This document shows, in pieces, positions 36,629 to 49,096 of a DNA stretch of 64,000 bases; the first letter of the stretch is position 1, and each line of letters begins with the position of its first letter. Both the position numbers and the translations under genes were made by a program. Where the stretch lies: NCBI GenBank assembly GCA_030390025.1, contig CM059433.1:8372001-8436000 (forward strand). The letters run 5' to 3'. The notes under the pieces were generated by a model. It saw only the letters and a program-made list of their open reading frames with translations. It had not been told where the DNA came from and did not search any database. Origin of the DNA: Squalus acanthias. Taxonomy: Eukaryota.

Positions 36629-37679
36629 ATTGTATAAGTAGATGTTAGGGCAGTGCGAGCCAACTCCCACAACAGTAACACACTCAGACCATTTAAGGGA
36701 GCGACTGACGCCACTGAACCGGAGAAGTTATCTTTGGCAGACCTGGATTTATAACAATGATACAGTGGTGTCCTCCAAAGTCACAGTGAAGTATTAATGT
36801 GTCTGAAATGATGTAAAAGCTGATGATCATACATTACTTAAGCTATTGGCTTCGCAGCAGAAACTATCAAACAGATCATTAATCTTAAATTAGAGCCCCT
36901 TGGGCCATATTAATATTTCTGAAATTAGTTCCACTCTTAAAATGTTTGGACATTACAGCAATCACTGCAGAAAACTCGAACACTGCATATTTTGGGTGCT
37001 TTCAAATGAAAATGACAAAATGAAACTTTGAGACTAATTTATAACTATCTTGATGCGGCTTTGATCTTGAGGATTCTGCTGCAATCTAAACGCAATGGGC
37101 AAGTCAGACGTTAGTCAGTGTTTTACACTGCTGGTTCAGCTAGCAGTTGGCAATTATCTATTCTGTTTTCGAAGTACAATTTAAGAACAATAAATCAAGT
37201 CATCAACAAACTCATTTGAGAGTTGACTTTAATTAAGGATGAAGTACACCAGACGTTGCTTCTTTCTTGAGAAACTTTACCGTATGTCTGAAATGGTTTC
37301 CATTTCTCAGCAATAGCCTGACTCAAGTACGGGAGTATTTAGAGCTCAATATAATTAGTGCAGTTTAGTGAAGTTCTAAATACAAAATTATTCCATACAA
37401 TGTTCCTGAGACCGTTACCTCATTCTCCATGCATGTGGTGCAGGGAAATATTTGTTCTTTTTTCCCCCCCCCTTTCTTTTATATGTACAATGTCTCCAAT
37501 CTGTTCATTGTTATATCTTGCAACTTAGAAAAGAAACAGGAATGGGACAGGTTTACAGGATCAGCATCTTATACTCATCTTTCAGATAAGCTGTTAAACT
37601 AAGGCTCAGTACGTCTGTTTAGATCGATGACACTACTCAAAGACCAGGATATTTAGGCGAAAAGATTCATTTACAGTCA

Positions 37680-37900
37680 GATAACACATTTGTGCCGCAC
37701 CTTTGATGTCCTCATGACATCCCAAAGTGCTTTGCGGCAAATTAATTACTTTTTCAAGTGTGGTCACTGTTATTGTGCTGGTAAACGCAGCAGTCAATTT
37801 GCGCACAGCAAGGTCCTGCAAACAGCAGTGAGATGAACAACCAGTTAATCTGTTTTCCGGGGTATTGGTTGGGGGATAAACATTGGACAGAAACAGCAAA
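37680..37900 (-). mobile_element. Degraded DeuSINE-like 3' fragment
   Basis: cccaaagtgcttt...gcagtcaatttgcgcacagcaagg matches the SINE family. Confidence 0.7.
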
Positions 37901-39184
37901 ACACTGGTACTATCCCACTGAACAAAGGTGGAATTAGCCCACATATATATCAAATATATTCCTTACGCAGTCCAATAATCAGCAAGCCATTTGGAGAAAC
38001 AATCTTTTGTACACTTTCCCGATGCAATGTCATACATGAGCAAAGCACTTCTCATGTCGAGCTCACAAAGTTCAATTTCACAAGCAAACTGAACAGCTGG
38101 GACAGTGTTTTTATGTCAAAAGAAATCTTTCTTGTCACAGGTGTTAACGTTGAGACATTAATAAATACCTTCTTTCCAAGGCTATCTCTTGATGGGTCAG
38201 CAAACAACGATAATTCATTTTTCTCTTTCCCCAGTCTGCGGACTTGCCTACATCAGCATTTCGAAAGAGAGACCTACCCAGCCACTAAGCAATCTTTGAC
38301 CTAATTGGTTTCTGACGCAGGTGGTGGCACCTCCAAAGTAGCGAGCTAACTCTCATTAACAATGTGGACGGGCCTTGTCAGTTCTGTGCACTGAATTCCC
38401 CCCTGTCACAGAGACAAAGGACTCCTTTGAAGACACTGTTAGATGAAACCAATCTTTAAATCACACTTACTATCTATCTGAAGATACATTAAAAAAAAAT
38501 TAATTCCAGAAATCTCCCAATCGTTACAGCATGTATACCGGGACAAGATGATGAATGCACGTTCATAATTCTGTTAGACAGAGCAGAAGCACTTCGTAAT
38601 GTTTGTTGTTCTACCAAAGTAGATGATAAATATTAAATAAAATCGCATTAATGATATTTTCCAGCTATTTGCAGTATTTCTCATGTCATTGATGAACCAT
38701 GCCTAGTGAGGAGCCCATCATTTTATTGTTGTGCCTATTAGGTTGGCCACAGATCCAATTAAAAATCAGTTTAGGTCCACAAAATTCTACTGCATAAGTC
38801 ATCCACTCTTGATTTTTTTTGGATCGCTCTTATACCGTGCTGGCTAGAAATGACACATTAAGCCAAGCATAAATGTAACTGTACTACATGAGAAAACATT
38901 TTAATTTACAATAATTTTTCATCTTTGACTCCCCATTTAAAACGGAATTACTCCACAGTTTGTGTATTTTATTTGACTGCAATAATACGTTCCCTGAAAA
39001 CGTGAGAGAGTGCCCAGTCAGTGATGTGCTCATGCGCTGAGCCAGCAGGGCTGTCAGAGTGTTGGCTCGGGAATCTGGGTGGTGGAGTGAGCGACGCAAT
39101 GTCCTCTCTGAGGCCTGGGTTTAGATCCAGCTTTGGCTAATGCACAGAAAGTCTCCTCTCTTTACAACCCAATTTCAGTGGGTT

Positions 39185-41345
39185 GAGAACGGAGCTGGCC
39201 CCAGGTAAATTGGCATCAAAGATTGGCAGACGAAACTGTAATCGAACAATGGGCTGCTTTTAAAGAGGAGATGGTTTGGGTACAGTCGAGGTACATTCCC
39301 ACGAGTGGGAAAGGTAGGGCAACAAAAGCCAGAGCTCCCTGGATGACGAAAGAGATAGAGAGTAAGATGAAACAGAAAAAGGAGGCGTAGGACAGATGTC
39401 AGGTTGAGAATACAAGTGAGAACCAGGCTGAATATAGAAAGTTCAGAGGGGACGTGATAAAGGAAATAAGAGGGGCAAAGAGAGTGTATGAGAATAGATT
39501 GGCAGCTAACATAAAAGGGAATCCAAAAGTCTTCTATATGCATATAAACAGTAAACGGGTAGTAAGAGGAGGGGTAGGGCCAATTAGGGACCAAAAAGGA
39601 GAACTATGCATGGAGGCAGAAGGTATGGCTGAGGTACTAAATGAGTACTTTGCATCTGTCTTTACCAAGGAAGAAGATGCTGCCAACGTCATAGTGAAAG
39701 AGGAGATAGTTGAGATACTGGGTGGAATAAAAATTGATAAAGAGGAGGTACTAGAAAGGCTGGCTGTACTTAAAAGTAGATAAGTCACCAGGACCAGATG
39801 GGATGCATCCTAGGATGCTGAGGGAAGTAAAGGTGGAAATTGCAGAGGTACTGGCCATGATCTTACTTTCAATCCTCCTTAGATATGGGGGTGGTGCCAG
39901 AGGACTGGAGAATTGCAAATGTTATACCCTTGTTCAAAAAAGGGTATAAGGATAAACCCAGCAACTACAAGTCAGTCAGTTTAACCTCGGTAGTGGGGAA
40001 GCTTTTAGAAATGATAATCAGGGACAAAATTATCTCTTGGACAAGTGTGGATTAAGTAAGAAAAGCCAGTATGGATTTGTTAAAGCCAAATCGTGTTTAA
40101 CTAACTTGATTGAGTTTTTTGATGAGGTAACAATAAGGGCTGATGAGGGCAATGCAGTTGATGTAGTGTACATGGACTTCCAAAAGGCGTTTGATAAAGT
40201 GCCACATAAGAGGCTTGCCAGCAAAGTTGAAGCCCATGGAATAAAAGGGACAGTGGCAGCATGGATATGAAATTGGCTAAGTGACAGGAAACAGAGAGTA
40301 GTGGTGAACAGTTGTTTCTCGGACTGGAGGAAGGTATACAGTGTAGTTCCCCAGGGGTCAGTAGTAGGACCACTGCTTTTCTTGATATACATTAATGACT
40401 TGGACTTGGGTATACAGGGCATTATCTCAAAATTTGCAGATGACACAAAACTTGGAAGTATAGTGAACAGTGAGGAGGATAGTGATAGACTTCAGGAAGA
40501 CATAGACAGGCTTGTGGAATGGGCAGACATGTGGCAGATGAAATTTAATGCAGAAAAGTGTGAAGTGATACATTTTGGTAGGAAGAATGAGGAGGGGTAA
40601 TATAAACTAAAGGGTACAATTCTAAAGGGGGTGCATGATCAGAGAGACCTGGGGGTATATGTGCAAAAATCATTGAAGGTGACAGGGCAGGTTGAGAAAG
40701 CGGTTAAAAAAGCATATGGGATCCTAGGCTTCATAAATAGAGGCATAGAGTACAAAAGCAAGGAAGTTATGATGAACCTTTAGAAAACACTGGTCCGGCC
40801 TCAACTGGAACATTGTGTCCAATTCTGGGCACTGCACTTTAGGAAGGATGTGAAGGCCTTAGAGAGGGTGCAGAAAATGGTTCCAGGGATGCGGGATTTC
40901 AGTTGTGTGGATAGACTGGAGAAGCTGGGGTTGTTCTCCTTAGAGCAGAGAAGGATGAGAGGAGATTTGATAGAGGTGTTCAAAATCATGAGAGGTCTGG
41001 ACAGAGTAGATAGAGAGAAACTGTTCCCATTGGCGGAAGGGTGGAGAACCAGAGGACACAGATTTAAGGTGATTAGCAGAAGAACCAAAGGCGACATGAG
41101 GAAAAACTTTTTTACGCAGCGAGTGGTTAGGATCTGGAATGCACTGCCTGAGAGGGTGGTGGAGGTAGATTCAATCGTGGCTTTCAAAAGAGAATTAGAT
41201 AAGTACCTGAAGGAAAGAAATTTGCAGGGCTGTGGGGAAAGGGCGGGGGAGTGGGGCGAGCTGAAGTGCTCTTGCAGAGAGCCGGCACGGGCTCGATGGT
41301 CGAATGGCCTCCTTCTGTGCTGTAACCAGTCTATGATTCTATGAC
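39185..41345 (+). mobile_element. CR1-clade LINE ORF2 (RT) fragment, about 2.2 kb, multiple stops and frameshifts
   Basis: NIKGNPKVFY, LNEYFASVFT, SCLTNLIEFF, VPQGSVVGPLLF, KFADDTKLG and FFTQRVVRIWNALP. Confidence 0.95.
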
Positions 41346-41571
41346 TGTTATGTGAGCCCGGTAGGCACTAGTCCACTGTACAAAACTGCAAATGAATGGC
41401 TTACCTCACTCTGAGCCCCCAAGGAGATTGGTGTGGGAGTGGAAAGGATTGTTGTTCCAGTGGCCCCACCCCACCCTGCTCCACGGAGCGCACTCAAAAT
41501 GTACTCTGCCTTACCATAACGCTGGCCGTATTCGCTTGCTCAGCTCATTAACCGTGGCCTGGTGCACCCCA

Positions 41572-42390
41572 AGGTCTCTCACCTGGAGAAGGTTGCCCAG
41601 ATCTCTCTCACCTGGAGAAGGTTGCCCAGGTCTCTCACCTGGAGAAGGTTGCCCAGGTCTCTCACCTGGAGAAGGTTGCCCAGGTCTCTCTCACCTGGAG
41701 AAGGTTGCCCAGGTCTCTCAACTGGAGAAGGTTGCCCAGGACTCTCACCTGGAGAAGGTTGCCCAGGTCTCTCACCTGGAGAAGGTTGCCCAGGTCTCTC
41801 ACCCGGAGAAGGTTGTCCAGGTCTCTCACCCGGAGAAGGTTGCCCAGGTCTCTCACCCGGAGAAGGTTGTCCAGGTCTCTCACCCGGAGAAGGTTGCCCA
41901 GGTCTCTCTCACCCGGAGAAGGTTGCCCAGGTCTCTCACCCGGAGAAGGTTGCCCAGGTCTTATACCCGGAGAAGGTTGCCCAGGACTCTCACCTGGAGA
42001 AGGTTGCCCAGGTCTCTCTCACCTGGAGAAGGTTGCCCAGGACTCTCACCTGGAGAAGGTTGCCCAGGACTCTCACCTGGAGAAGGTTGCCCAGGACTCT
42101 CACCTGGAGAAGGTTGCCCAGGACTCTCACCTGGAGAAGGTTGCCCAGGTCTTATACCTGGAGAAGGTTGCCCAGGACTCTCACCTGGAGAAGGTTGCCC
42201 AGGTCTCTCACCTGGAGAAGGTTGCCCAGGTCTCTCTCACCTGGAGAAGGTTGCCCAGGACTCTCACCTGGAGAAGGTTGCCCAGGTCTTATACCCGGAG
42301 AAGGTTGCCCAGGACTCTCACCTGGAGAAGGTTGCCCAGGTCTCTCACCTGGAGAAGGTTGCCCAGGTCTCTCTCACCTGGAGAAGGTTG
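41572..42390 (+). repeat. 27-bp minisatellite (tctctcacctggagaaggttgcccagg), about 30 copies, with 29-bp variants
   Basis: Seen directly; 9-aa periodicity in all three plus-strand frames. Confidence 0.95.
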
Positions 42391-42487
42391 CTGCTGTGAG
42401 CTTTCTAGCTACTGTCCAACAGCTGCAGCCAGAAGGTTTCCAGCACTAATCCTTGGCCTGATGTCCCTGAAATAAAAAGCAGCTTAC

Positions 42488-42586
42488 CATTTGGGTCCTG
42501 TTGCTCCGACTGCCTGTCCCTCTCTGATCCTTCAGTCGGAAAGGAGCTGGCGAAGGGCGTAAAGACCGTTTCTCATGAGCCGCCAC
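42488..42586 (-). CDS. Candidate internal exon, 99 nt, phase 0-0 (VAAHEKRSLRPSPAPFRLKDQRGTGSRSNRTQM)
   Basis: Acceptor ctttccactttaccttcctcccggatcacag| and donor ATG|gtaagc; only one frame is open. Confidence 0.5.
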
Positions 42587-43422
42587 CTGTGATCCGGGAG
42601 GAAGGTAAAGTGGAAAGGCCACGAATGCACCTGTCCACCTCATTAACATGGCTGTGCTCCATCTGGGTGAAGCTTATAACCCTGCATCGCGAGGCAAACC
42701 CAGGGGCAACAGAAAGGGTGGTGGAGACCCGGTTCATTGGTCTCTCCCCCCCCCTCCCCCCAACCCCACCCTCCCCCCAACCCCACCCCCCCCATCCCAC
42801 TTTCCCTTTCCTTTGTTCTGGAAATTTAATGTTCACTGCATGCAATTGAGAGGAACACTGGCCTTGAAATGTCACGTTTACACAGTAAGAGGTTCTGCTT
42901 TGAAATTGAAAGTTAAGGCACATTGCTGGAGTAGAGCAGAGGGAACCTTTGTGTACCCGACCAAAGAGCGTGTTAGCAATTGCCATTGGGTGTCTAAACG
43001 GTTCCAACTCGAAGAGAGCAAAAAATATCTCAGCCGAGAGATTTCTGTTAGTAGGTGACAGCAGGCAAGCCCTTAATACAATTGTTGGGCGTTTATTTGT
43101 CAGCTGCTTTAGCAGAGGTGTTAGATCATCTAAAATAAGCAGCATTAGATATAACCGGCATTCGAAACGCAGATAGAGGAATGTCACTTGAATGTATTTA
43201 AGCGCTCGTCCACTAATAGCACCAGCTAACGTCTGTTCTTTTAAAAATGACTAGAGTTCTGTTCTGAGCATTAACTCTTTAAAAGAAAAGTGAGGGAAGA
43301 CCTTGATGACAAGCAGTAAAAGAAAAATGCAAGATAAATAGACACAGATATCTACGAGAGCCATAATCAGGGCTGACTTTTTACTGAGGCAAACATGGGC
43401 CACTATGCCCATAGAAACTATA

Positions 43423-43492
43423 GGGGGGAAAATTGGGTCGGGCCCCCTTTGGGGCACTAACGGGAGGCGCAAAGCAATCCAATTTTTCCCCC
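43423..43492. mobile_element. 70-bp minimal MITE consisting of the two ends only
   Basis: ggggggaaaatt / aatttttccccc; internal ctaacgggaggcgcaaa as in 16366-17243. Confidence 0.75.
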
Positions 43493-44126
43493 TATGGCTG
43501 TCCACAGGTGTTGGTGTTTTGTTATTGCACCACAGCTTCATTTGCCTCCCTCAGCAAGAGGGTTTGTCGTGATCTTATCTTCATCGTGCACATGTAATAA
43601 GTAGCGCTGCCAACTTTAACGAAGTCCAAACCCAAAGGGATAAGGGAAGGCAGAGGGGTGGAAATCACAGTTTGAGCTCTGGTGTGTTCTTTGCTATCAT
43701 GACAATACATTGAAAACTTTAACAGCTAATGTCTGTACATCACAAGGCACAGAAGTAAGTGCAAAAACCAAGGGCTAGAAATTCATTATAACCAAGCAAT
43801 GGGCAGTGTTCAGACTAAAAAAGGTTAAGCTGGGCCACCTGAAAACCGTATAGGCTGCACAAAACGTCCGTGCTCACCCCTCATTAAAATGATTGCAGTC
43901 ATGATTCTAGTCTAAAAACTCAAGCTCACTGGGGTTACACTGAAAAGCTGGACCAATATCGGGGGCAGTCTAATTGCAAGTAATGATTGCCACAGGCTTT
44001 TTTCACTACTTAAAGGGGAGGTTCATTGATGCTGCAGCCCCTCATTCTCAGCATTGTTGGGTTTGCAGCTGCCCCAACAACCATAAGAAGAAGAACAAGG
44101 AGAAGAAACAGTTATTGACAAATCCT

Positions 44127-44615
44127 GATGGCAGATTGTCGCCCCAGGGAGTGAGCCTGGAGGTTCTCCGATGAAGCTTTGGAGGCATTGGTTTTAGCGG
44201 TGGAGAGAAGGTCCTTTACCCGGCAACTGGCAGGAGGCCCTCACCACAAGTCTGCCGCAGTATGTGGAGGGAGGTGGCACACCAGGTCACGGGCAGCACT
44301 GTGGTCCCCAGGTCCCACACACAGTGCAGGAGGAAGTTTAACGACCTCACACGGGTGGTCAGGGTGAGTGAAGGCTTCAACAAATGCTACAAACCACCCA
44401 CCATCTGTACCACAAGCTTCACACACAACTCAATGCACCACACCCCCAGCCCTCACCCACCAACAATCTTTACCGAGCAACACTCACACCCACATCTCAC
44501 ACCTTGCACACAATGACAGCTATTCAACTATGGCAGGCACATTACCCAAACACATTGCAGCACACTCACTCACACACTTTCCTTTCTCTTGCAGGCCAAG
44601 GTGGCTCACAACCAC
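44127..44615 (+). pseudogene. Harbinger Myb/SANT gene remnant with an intron at 44364-44594
   Basis: WREVAHQVTGSTVVPRSHTQCRRKFNDLTRVVR|gtgagt...cctttctcttgcag|AKVAHN. Confidence 0.8.
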
Positions 44616-44695
44616 CCAGGAGGATGCTGTGATACGCCCCGAGACAGGGATTGTATGATGGGGATGTGGTGAGCTACGGGGATCTGGGGTTTCAT

Positions 44696-45860
44696 TCATG
44701 TGAATCGGAGTCTGATGAGCCGGTCACGGACAGCCCGTCCGGAAGGCCAATAGTCTGGCTGCCTCCGCCCTCCCTCCTGTTCCTCGTCCTCGTCCTCCTC
44801 ATCCTCCTCTCCCTCGTCGTCCTCCTGAGGTGGTCCCACAATCCCTGGTGGCAAGGGCTGCGCCCTCATGATGGCCAACTTGTCAAATGTGCAGCTGACC
44901 ACCGCGAAATGGGACACCCGCTCAGCCGAGTACTGGCGGGCTCCTCCCGAGCGGTCAAGGCAGCGGAACCATTGCTTCAGTAGGCCGATGGTCTGCTCGA
45001 TGATGTTCCTGGTGGTGGCATGGCTCTCATTATGAGTGCTGAGCAGGAGTGTTGGGGTTGTGGAGGGGAGTCATGAGCCAGGTGGAGAGCGGATAGCCCT
45101 TGACTCCAAGCAGCCACCCTTAAGCTTGATGTGGTGGTTGGAAGAGTGCTGGCACACCGGACTGACGCAGGATGAAGGCACCGTGGCTGCTGCCAGGATA
45201 GCGGGCATTGGCATTGAGGATTCGCTGTCTGTGGTCACACACCAACTGCACATTAAGTGAGTGGTAGCCTTTGCGGTTATGGAAGATTTCAGGATTGTTA
45301 TGCGTTGCCCGCAAAGCCACATGGGTGCAGTCGATGGCGCCCTGCACCATGGGGAAACCTGCTATCCTGGCAAAGCCACATGCGCGCTCGTTCTGCTTCT
45401 CTCTGGTGATCTGGAAGCCAATGTAGTCCCTTCTCCTGGTGTAGAGAGCCTCAGTGACCTCCCAGGTGAAGTGATGGACGGCGAACTGTGAGATGTTAGC
45501 TATGTCTCCTGCTGCAGACTGGAAGGATCCGCTGGCGAAGAAATTGAGGGCGACGGTGACCTTGATTGCCACTGAGAGAGCCGTGGTCGCCCTGATCTGA
45601 GGCTGGAGGTCTGGTTGCAGGAGGTGGCAGAGTTCTGTGACCACCTCCTTGGTGAAGTAGGGCCTTCTAATACACTGCTCCTTGCCTAATTGAAGGTTGG
45701 AGAAGTGATGTCGGAATACCCTCGGAGGGTAAGGCCCCCTGTTGAGAGCCCTGATGGCCCTCCTCCTCCCTCTGTGCACATGTTTCCATCTATCTCGTTG
45801 CCTCCGCTCCCTCCACCGTAGATCCTGGAAGGCGAGGTCGACTGCCAGTGCAGCCCCCAT
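44696..45860 (-). pseudogene. Harbinger DDE transposase (HARBI1-like), frameshifted
   Basis: GFPMVQGAIDCTHV, NRKGYHSLNVQLVCD, YPGSSHGAFIL (HD changed to HG), frameshift near 45120, GWLLGVKGYPL (GD changed to GV), acidic C-terminus. Confidence 0.9.
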
Positions 45861-46650
45861 GACTCTTAGCAAATGTTGTAGGTTGAAGCGTTTCAAAAGT
45901 AATTAGTGAGTTTTGTACTTGCCAGAACACTCCCTGATACCAAATAACTAAAGAAAACTCTTGCAGTTGCAGGAAGTAGCACACAGCCACTCAAAGTTCA
46001 AAACCCTGTCAGGTGTGAATGATTGGTGGCGATGATCCCTTTAAAGCGCGTCGCTGGAGCCTGCTTCCTGCTGCTGTCACTTCAACCTGTCGTTGCTTTC
46101 CCCAGCCAATAACTGCATTGGCCAAAAGGAAGTTGGGAGATCGGGCATCAAGTGAGCGTTGCACACTCACTGACGTCATGATCTCCATGATTGCGATGTC
46201 CCCAGCCAGCGAGTTTAGCTGCAGCGCTACCGACAAGATGGATATGGCGTGCGGCGCTGGAACCTCCTTCAGCTGGCGGTAGAGTGCTGTACGGTGTTTT
46301 CATGCCATCTCGTGGCGCTAACATATGGCGCTAAACACACGGATTTCTCCCTCTAATTGTTTAGTGCAGTCCCAAACTTGGACTTAGTGCAAGAATGAGC
46401 ACACAAGGTCTCAGACAATGGCAAATTCTTGTATAATCAATCATTACGCTTTTCCAAAAGAATTCAGATTCAATAAATTAGTATGCAAATCCCATGCCTA
46501 TTTATGATACTAAATGCAGCAATAGTCTGTAAGATACAGTGCATTCTTTCCACCCAGCTAATGTCTACTTACCCACTGCATGCAACCTTGGCTTTGACCG
46601 TAGGATCTCCTGATGTCTCACATGCATGAAATCACCTGACTTTTGGCCAG

Positions 46651-47124
46651 AAAGAAAGACTTACATTTATATAGCGCCTTTCACTACCACCGGACGTCTC
46701 AAAGTGCTTTACAGCCAATTAAGTACTTTTGAAGTGTAGTCACTGTTGTAATGTGGGAAACACGGCAGCCAATTTGCGCACAGCAAGCTCCCACAAACAG
46801 CAATGTGAAAATGACCCGATAATCTGTTCTTGTTATGTTGATTGAAGGATAAATATTGGCCCCAGGAGACCGGGGATAACTCCCCCTGCTCTTCTTCGAA
46901 ATAATGCCATGGGATCTTTTACATCCACCTGAGAGAGCTAGAGTGGGCCTCGGTTTAACGTCTCATCTGAAAGACGGCACTCTCTGACAGTGCAGCACTC
47001 CCTCAGCACTAACACTGGGAGTGTCAGCCTAGCTTTATGTGCTCAAGTCCCTGGAGTGGGGACTTGAACCCACAACCTTCTGACTCAGAGGCGAGTGTGC
47101 TACCCACTGAGCCACAGCTGACAC
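46651..47124 (-). mobile_element. SacSINE1/DeuSINE-like SINE
   Basis: Full-length family match. Confidence 0.9.
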
Positions 47125-47312
47125 CATGTGATCAGTGGGGCACCGCACTTATTCCCAATGGACGACTCTCACACTCGGTTCGTGACAGTGGCACAAGAAT
47201 CTGTAGCTACACAATACTTCCTCGACCCCAAATCGTGACATCAGCTTTTTATACATTGCACTTAACACATCATTTTCCAAAGGCGCTTTTATGTTTACCA
47301 CCACTTCTGTAT

Positions 47313-48225
47313 ATAAGAACATAAGACATAGGAGAGCAGGAGTAGGTCATTTGGCCCCTCGAGCCTGCTCCGCCATTCAATAAGATCATGGCTGATCTGA
47401 TCTTGGCCTCAACTCCACCTTCCCTGCCCGCTCCCCATAACCCTTGACTCCTTTACCATTCAAAAATCTGTCTATCTCCACCTTAAATATATTCAATGAC
47501 CCAGCCTCCACAGCTCTCTGGGGAAGAGAATTCCAAAGATTCACGTCCCTCTGAGAGAAGAAATTCCTCCTCATTTCCGTTTTAAATGGGCGACCCCTTA
47601 TTCTGAAATTATGCCCCCTAGTTCTAGATTCCCCCATGAGGGGAAACATCCTCTCTGTATTTACCCTGTCAAGCCCCTTCAGAATCTCATATGTTTCAGT
47701 AAGATCCCCTCTCATTCTTCTAAACTCCAATGAGTATAGGCCCAACCTGCTCAACCTTTCTTCATAATTATTAATTCCCCAGACTCATCCTCTAGGGGAC
47801 CAACATTTACTTTAGCTACACTCTTCCTTTTTATATACCTGTAGAAGCTCTTACTGTCTGTTTTTATATTTCTTACTAGCTTACTCTCATAAGCTATCTT
47901 CTCTCGCTTTATCATTTTTTTAGTCGTCCTTTGCTGGTTTTTAAAAATTTCCCAATCATCTGGCCTTTCACTACTCTTCGCAACATTGTATGCCTTTCTT
48001 TTCAATTTGATACCATCCTTTACTTCCTTAGTTAGCCACGGATGGTTCATCCTTCTCTTAGAGTCTTTCTTTCTCACTGGAATATATCTTTGCTGAGAGT
48101 TATGAAATATCTCCTTAAATGTTTGCCACTGTTTTTCTATAGTCTTACCCTGTAATATATTTTCCCAGTCCACTTTAACCAAGTCTGCCTTCATAACTTT
48201 GTAATGACCTTTATTTATGTTCAGT
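47313..48225 (-). mobile_element. CR1-clade LINE: an upstream ORF2 segment joined to the 3' end (large internal deletion or two fragments)
   Basis: ORF 47751-48194 (PWLTKEVK..NIKTDSKSFYRYIK) abuts 47386-47754 (LGLYSLEFRRMRGDL). Confidence 0.85.
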
Positions 48226-48684
48226 TGCCTGTAGTTGGAATTGCTGGAGAGCGATGTCCATGAGGAAGCTCCCTGAAATTGTGGGTTTATAATCCTGCTG
48301 TTGGGAGAAAGAAGATGGTTTTAGAAATGTAAATGCGGGGCACTGGTGCACACATGTTGCTCTCCCGTGAATGGAATTAGACAAGCTCTAAGACTCCTCT
48401 AGAAATGTTATTCACCCTTTGCGAATTTTATCACCCTTTATTCAAACTGTGGGGGTCGACTGTACTTTTTGTCCCTGAGGTAGCAATGAGACTCCATGCA
48501 GTACGTGAGTACACAATTTCAACACACTGCCTGTGATGGGTTTCTGTGTACGCATTCAACAGAACTGATCCAAGCCAGCACATCCATTAAAATAACATAC
48601 ATTTCCTGAGATGCCTGTCTTCTTTTCACAGTCATGGAGTGAACAGTGCAACTTATGTTTACAACTCAGTAAAAAAAAACTCAC

Positions 48685-48757
48685 CGCAGTGGGTGGCTCT
48701 GTTATCTCAATGGTGGCTACATTCAAAACCTCAGTAAGGTCCCGAAGGAAAGTGCAA
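48685..48757 (-). CDS. Candidate internal exon, 73 nt, phase 2-0 (CTFLRDLTEVLNVATIEITEPPTA)
   Basis: Acceptor cttaattgctgcattctag| and donor GCG|gtgagt; frame compatible with both neighbours. Confidence 0.5.
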
Positions 48758-49096
48758 CTAGAATGCAGCAATTAAGCGAAATAAACCAAGAGAGAACACT
48801 GAAGAAAAATTATACATTTTCCCAATAATAACAAACTACAATTACGTTTCAATTATGGATTATCATCAGTTCAAACTTAAGAAAACTTAGTTTCACCTAG
48901 GCATACCAGAGCTGGTGGAAGATAGAAAGTGCTTCTATGTTAAAGACATTAGATATGGGTTTTATCCAGTATGCACATGTGCAAATATATTTTTGTAACA
49001 GGCGTACATGAGAGTCCAAATGTAGTCTTATCCAAGTTTGCAGAAACTTGTAAAGAAGTAAAAAACAGATCAAGGATCCTCATCTAAGGGCCTATA

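Larger units (their letters stand above)
43772..46353 (-). mobile_element. PIF/Harbinger transposon, near-complete but dead
   Basis: Left end gggctagaaattcattata is the reverse complement of the 20575 end; transposase on minus, Myb/SANT on plus; flanks CAA/TAA. Confidence 0.9.

Noticed and set aside
37967..38088. Possible extra minus-strand exon (FACEIELCELDMRSALLMYDIASGKCTKDCFSKWLADYWT, phase 0-2)
   Set aside because: Open frame and a gtaagg donor, but a poor pyrimidine tract. It cannot be distinguished from chance, and it would change the frame used for 15491-15562.
41405..41476. Strong minus-strand donor GAG|gtaagc with an open frame
   Set aside because: No convincing acceptor upstream.
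41392..42475. Three long overlapping ORFs (335, 295 and 256 aa) with repeated peptides
   Set aside because: They arise because the 27-bp unit has no plus-strand stop codon. The 29-bp variants shift frames freely, which argues against coding constraint.
45120..45896. 258-aa ORF as a domesticated HARBI1 gene
   Set aside because: Frameshifted, conserved acidic motifs mutated, bounded by transposon ends, and a second decayed copy lies nearby.
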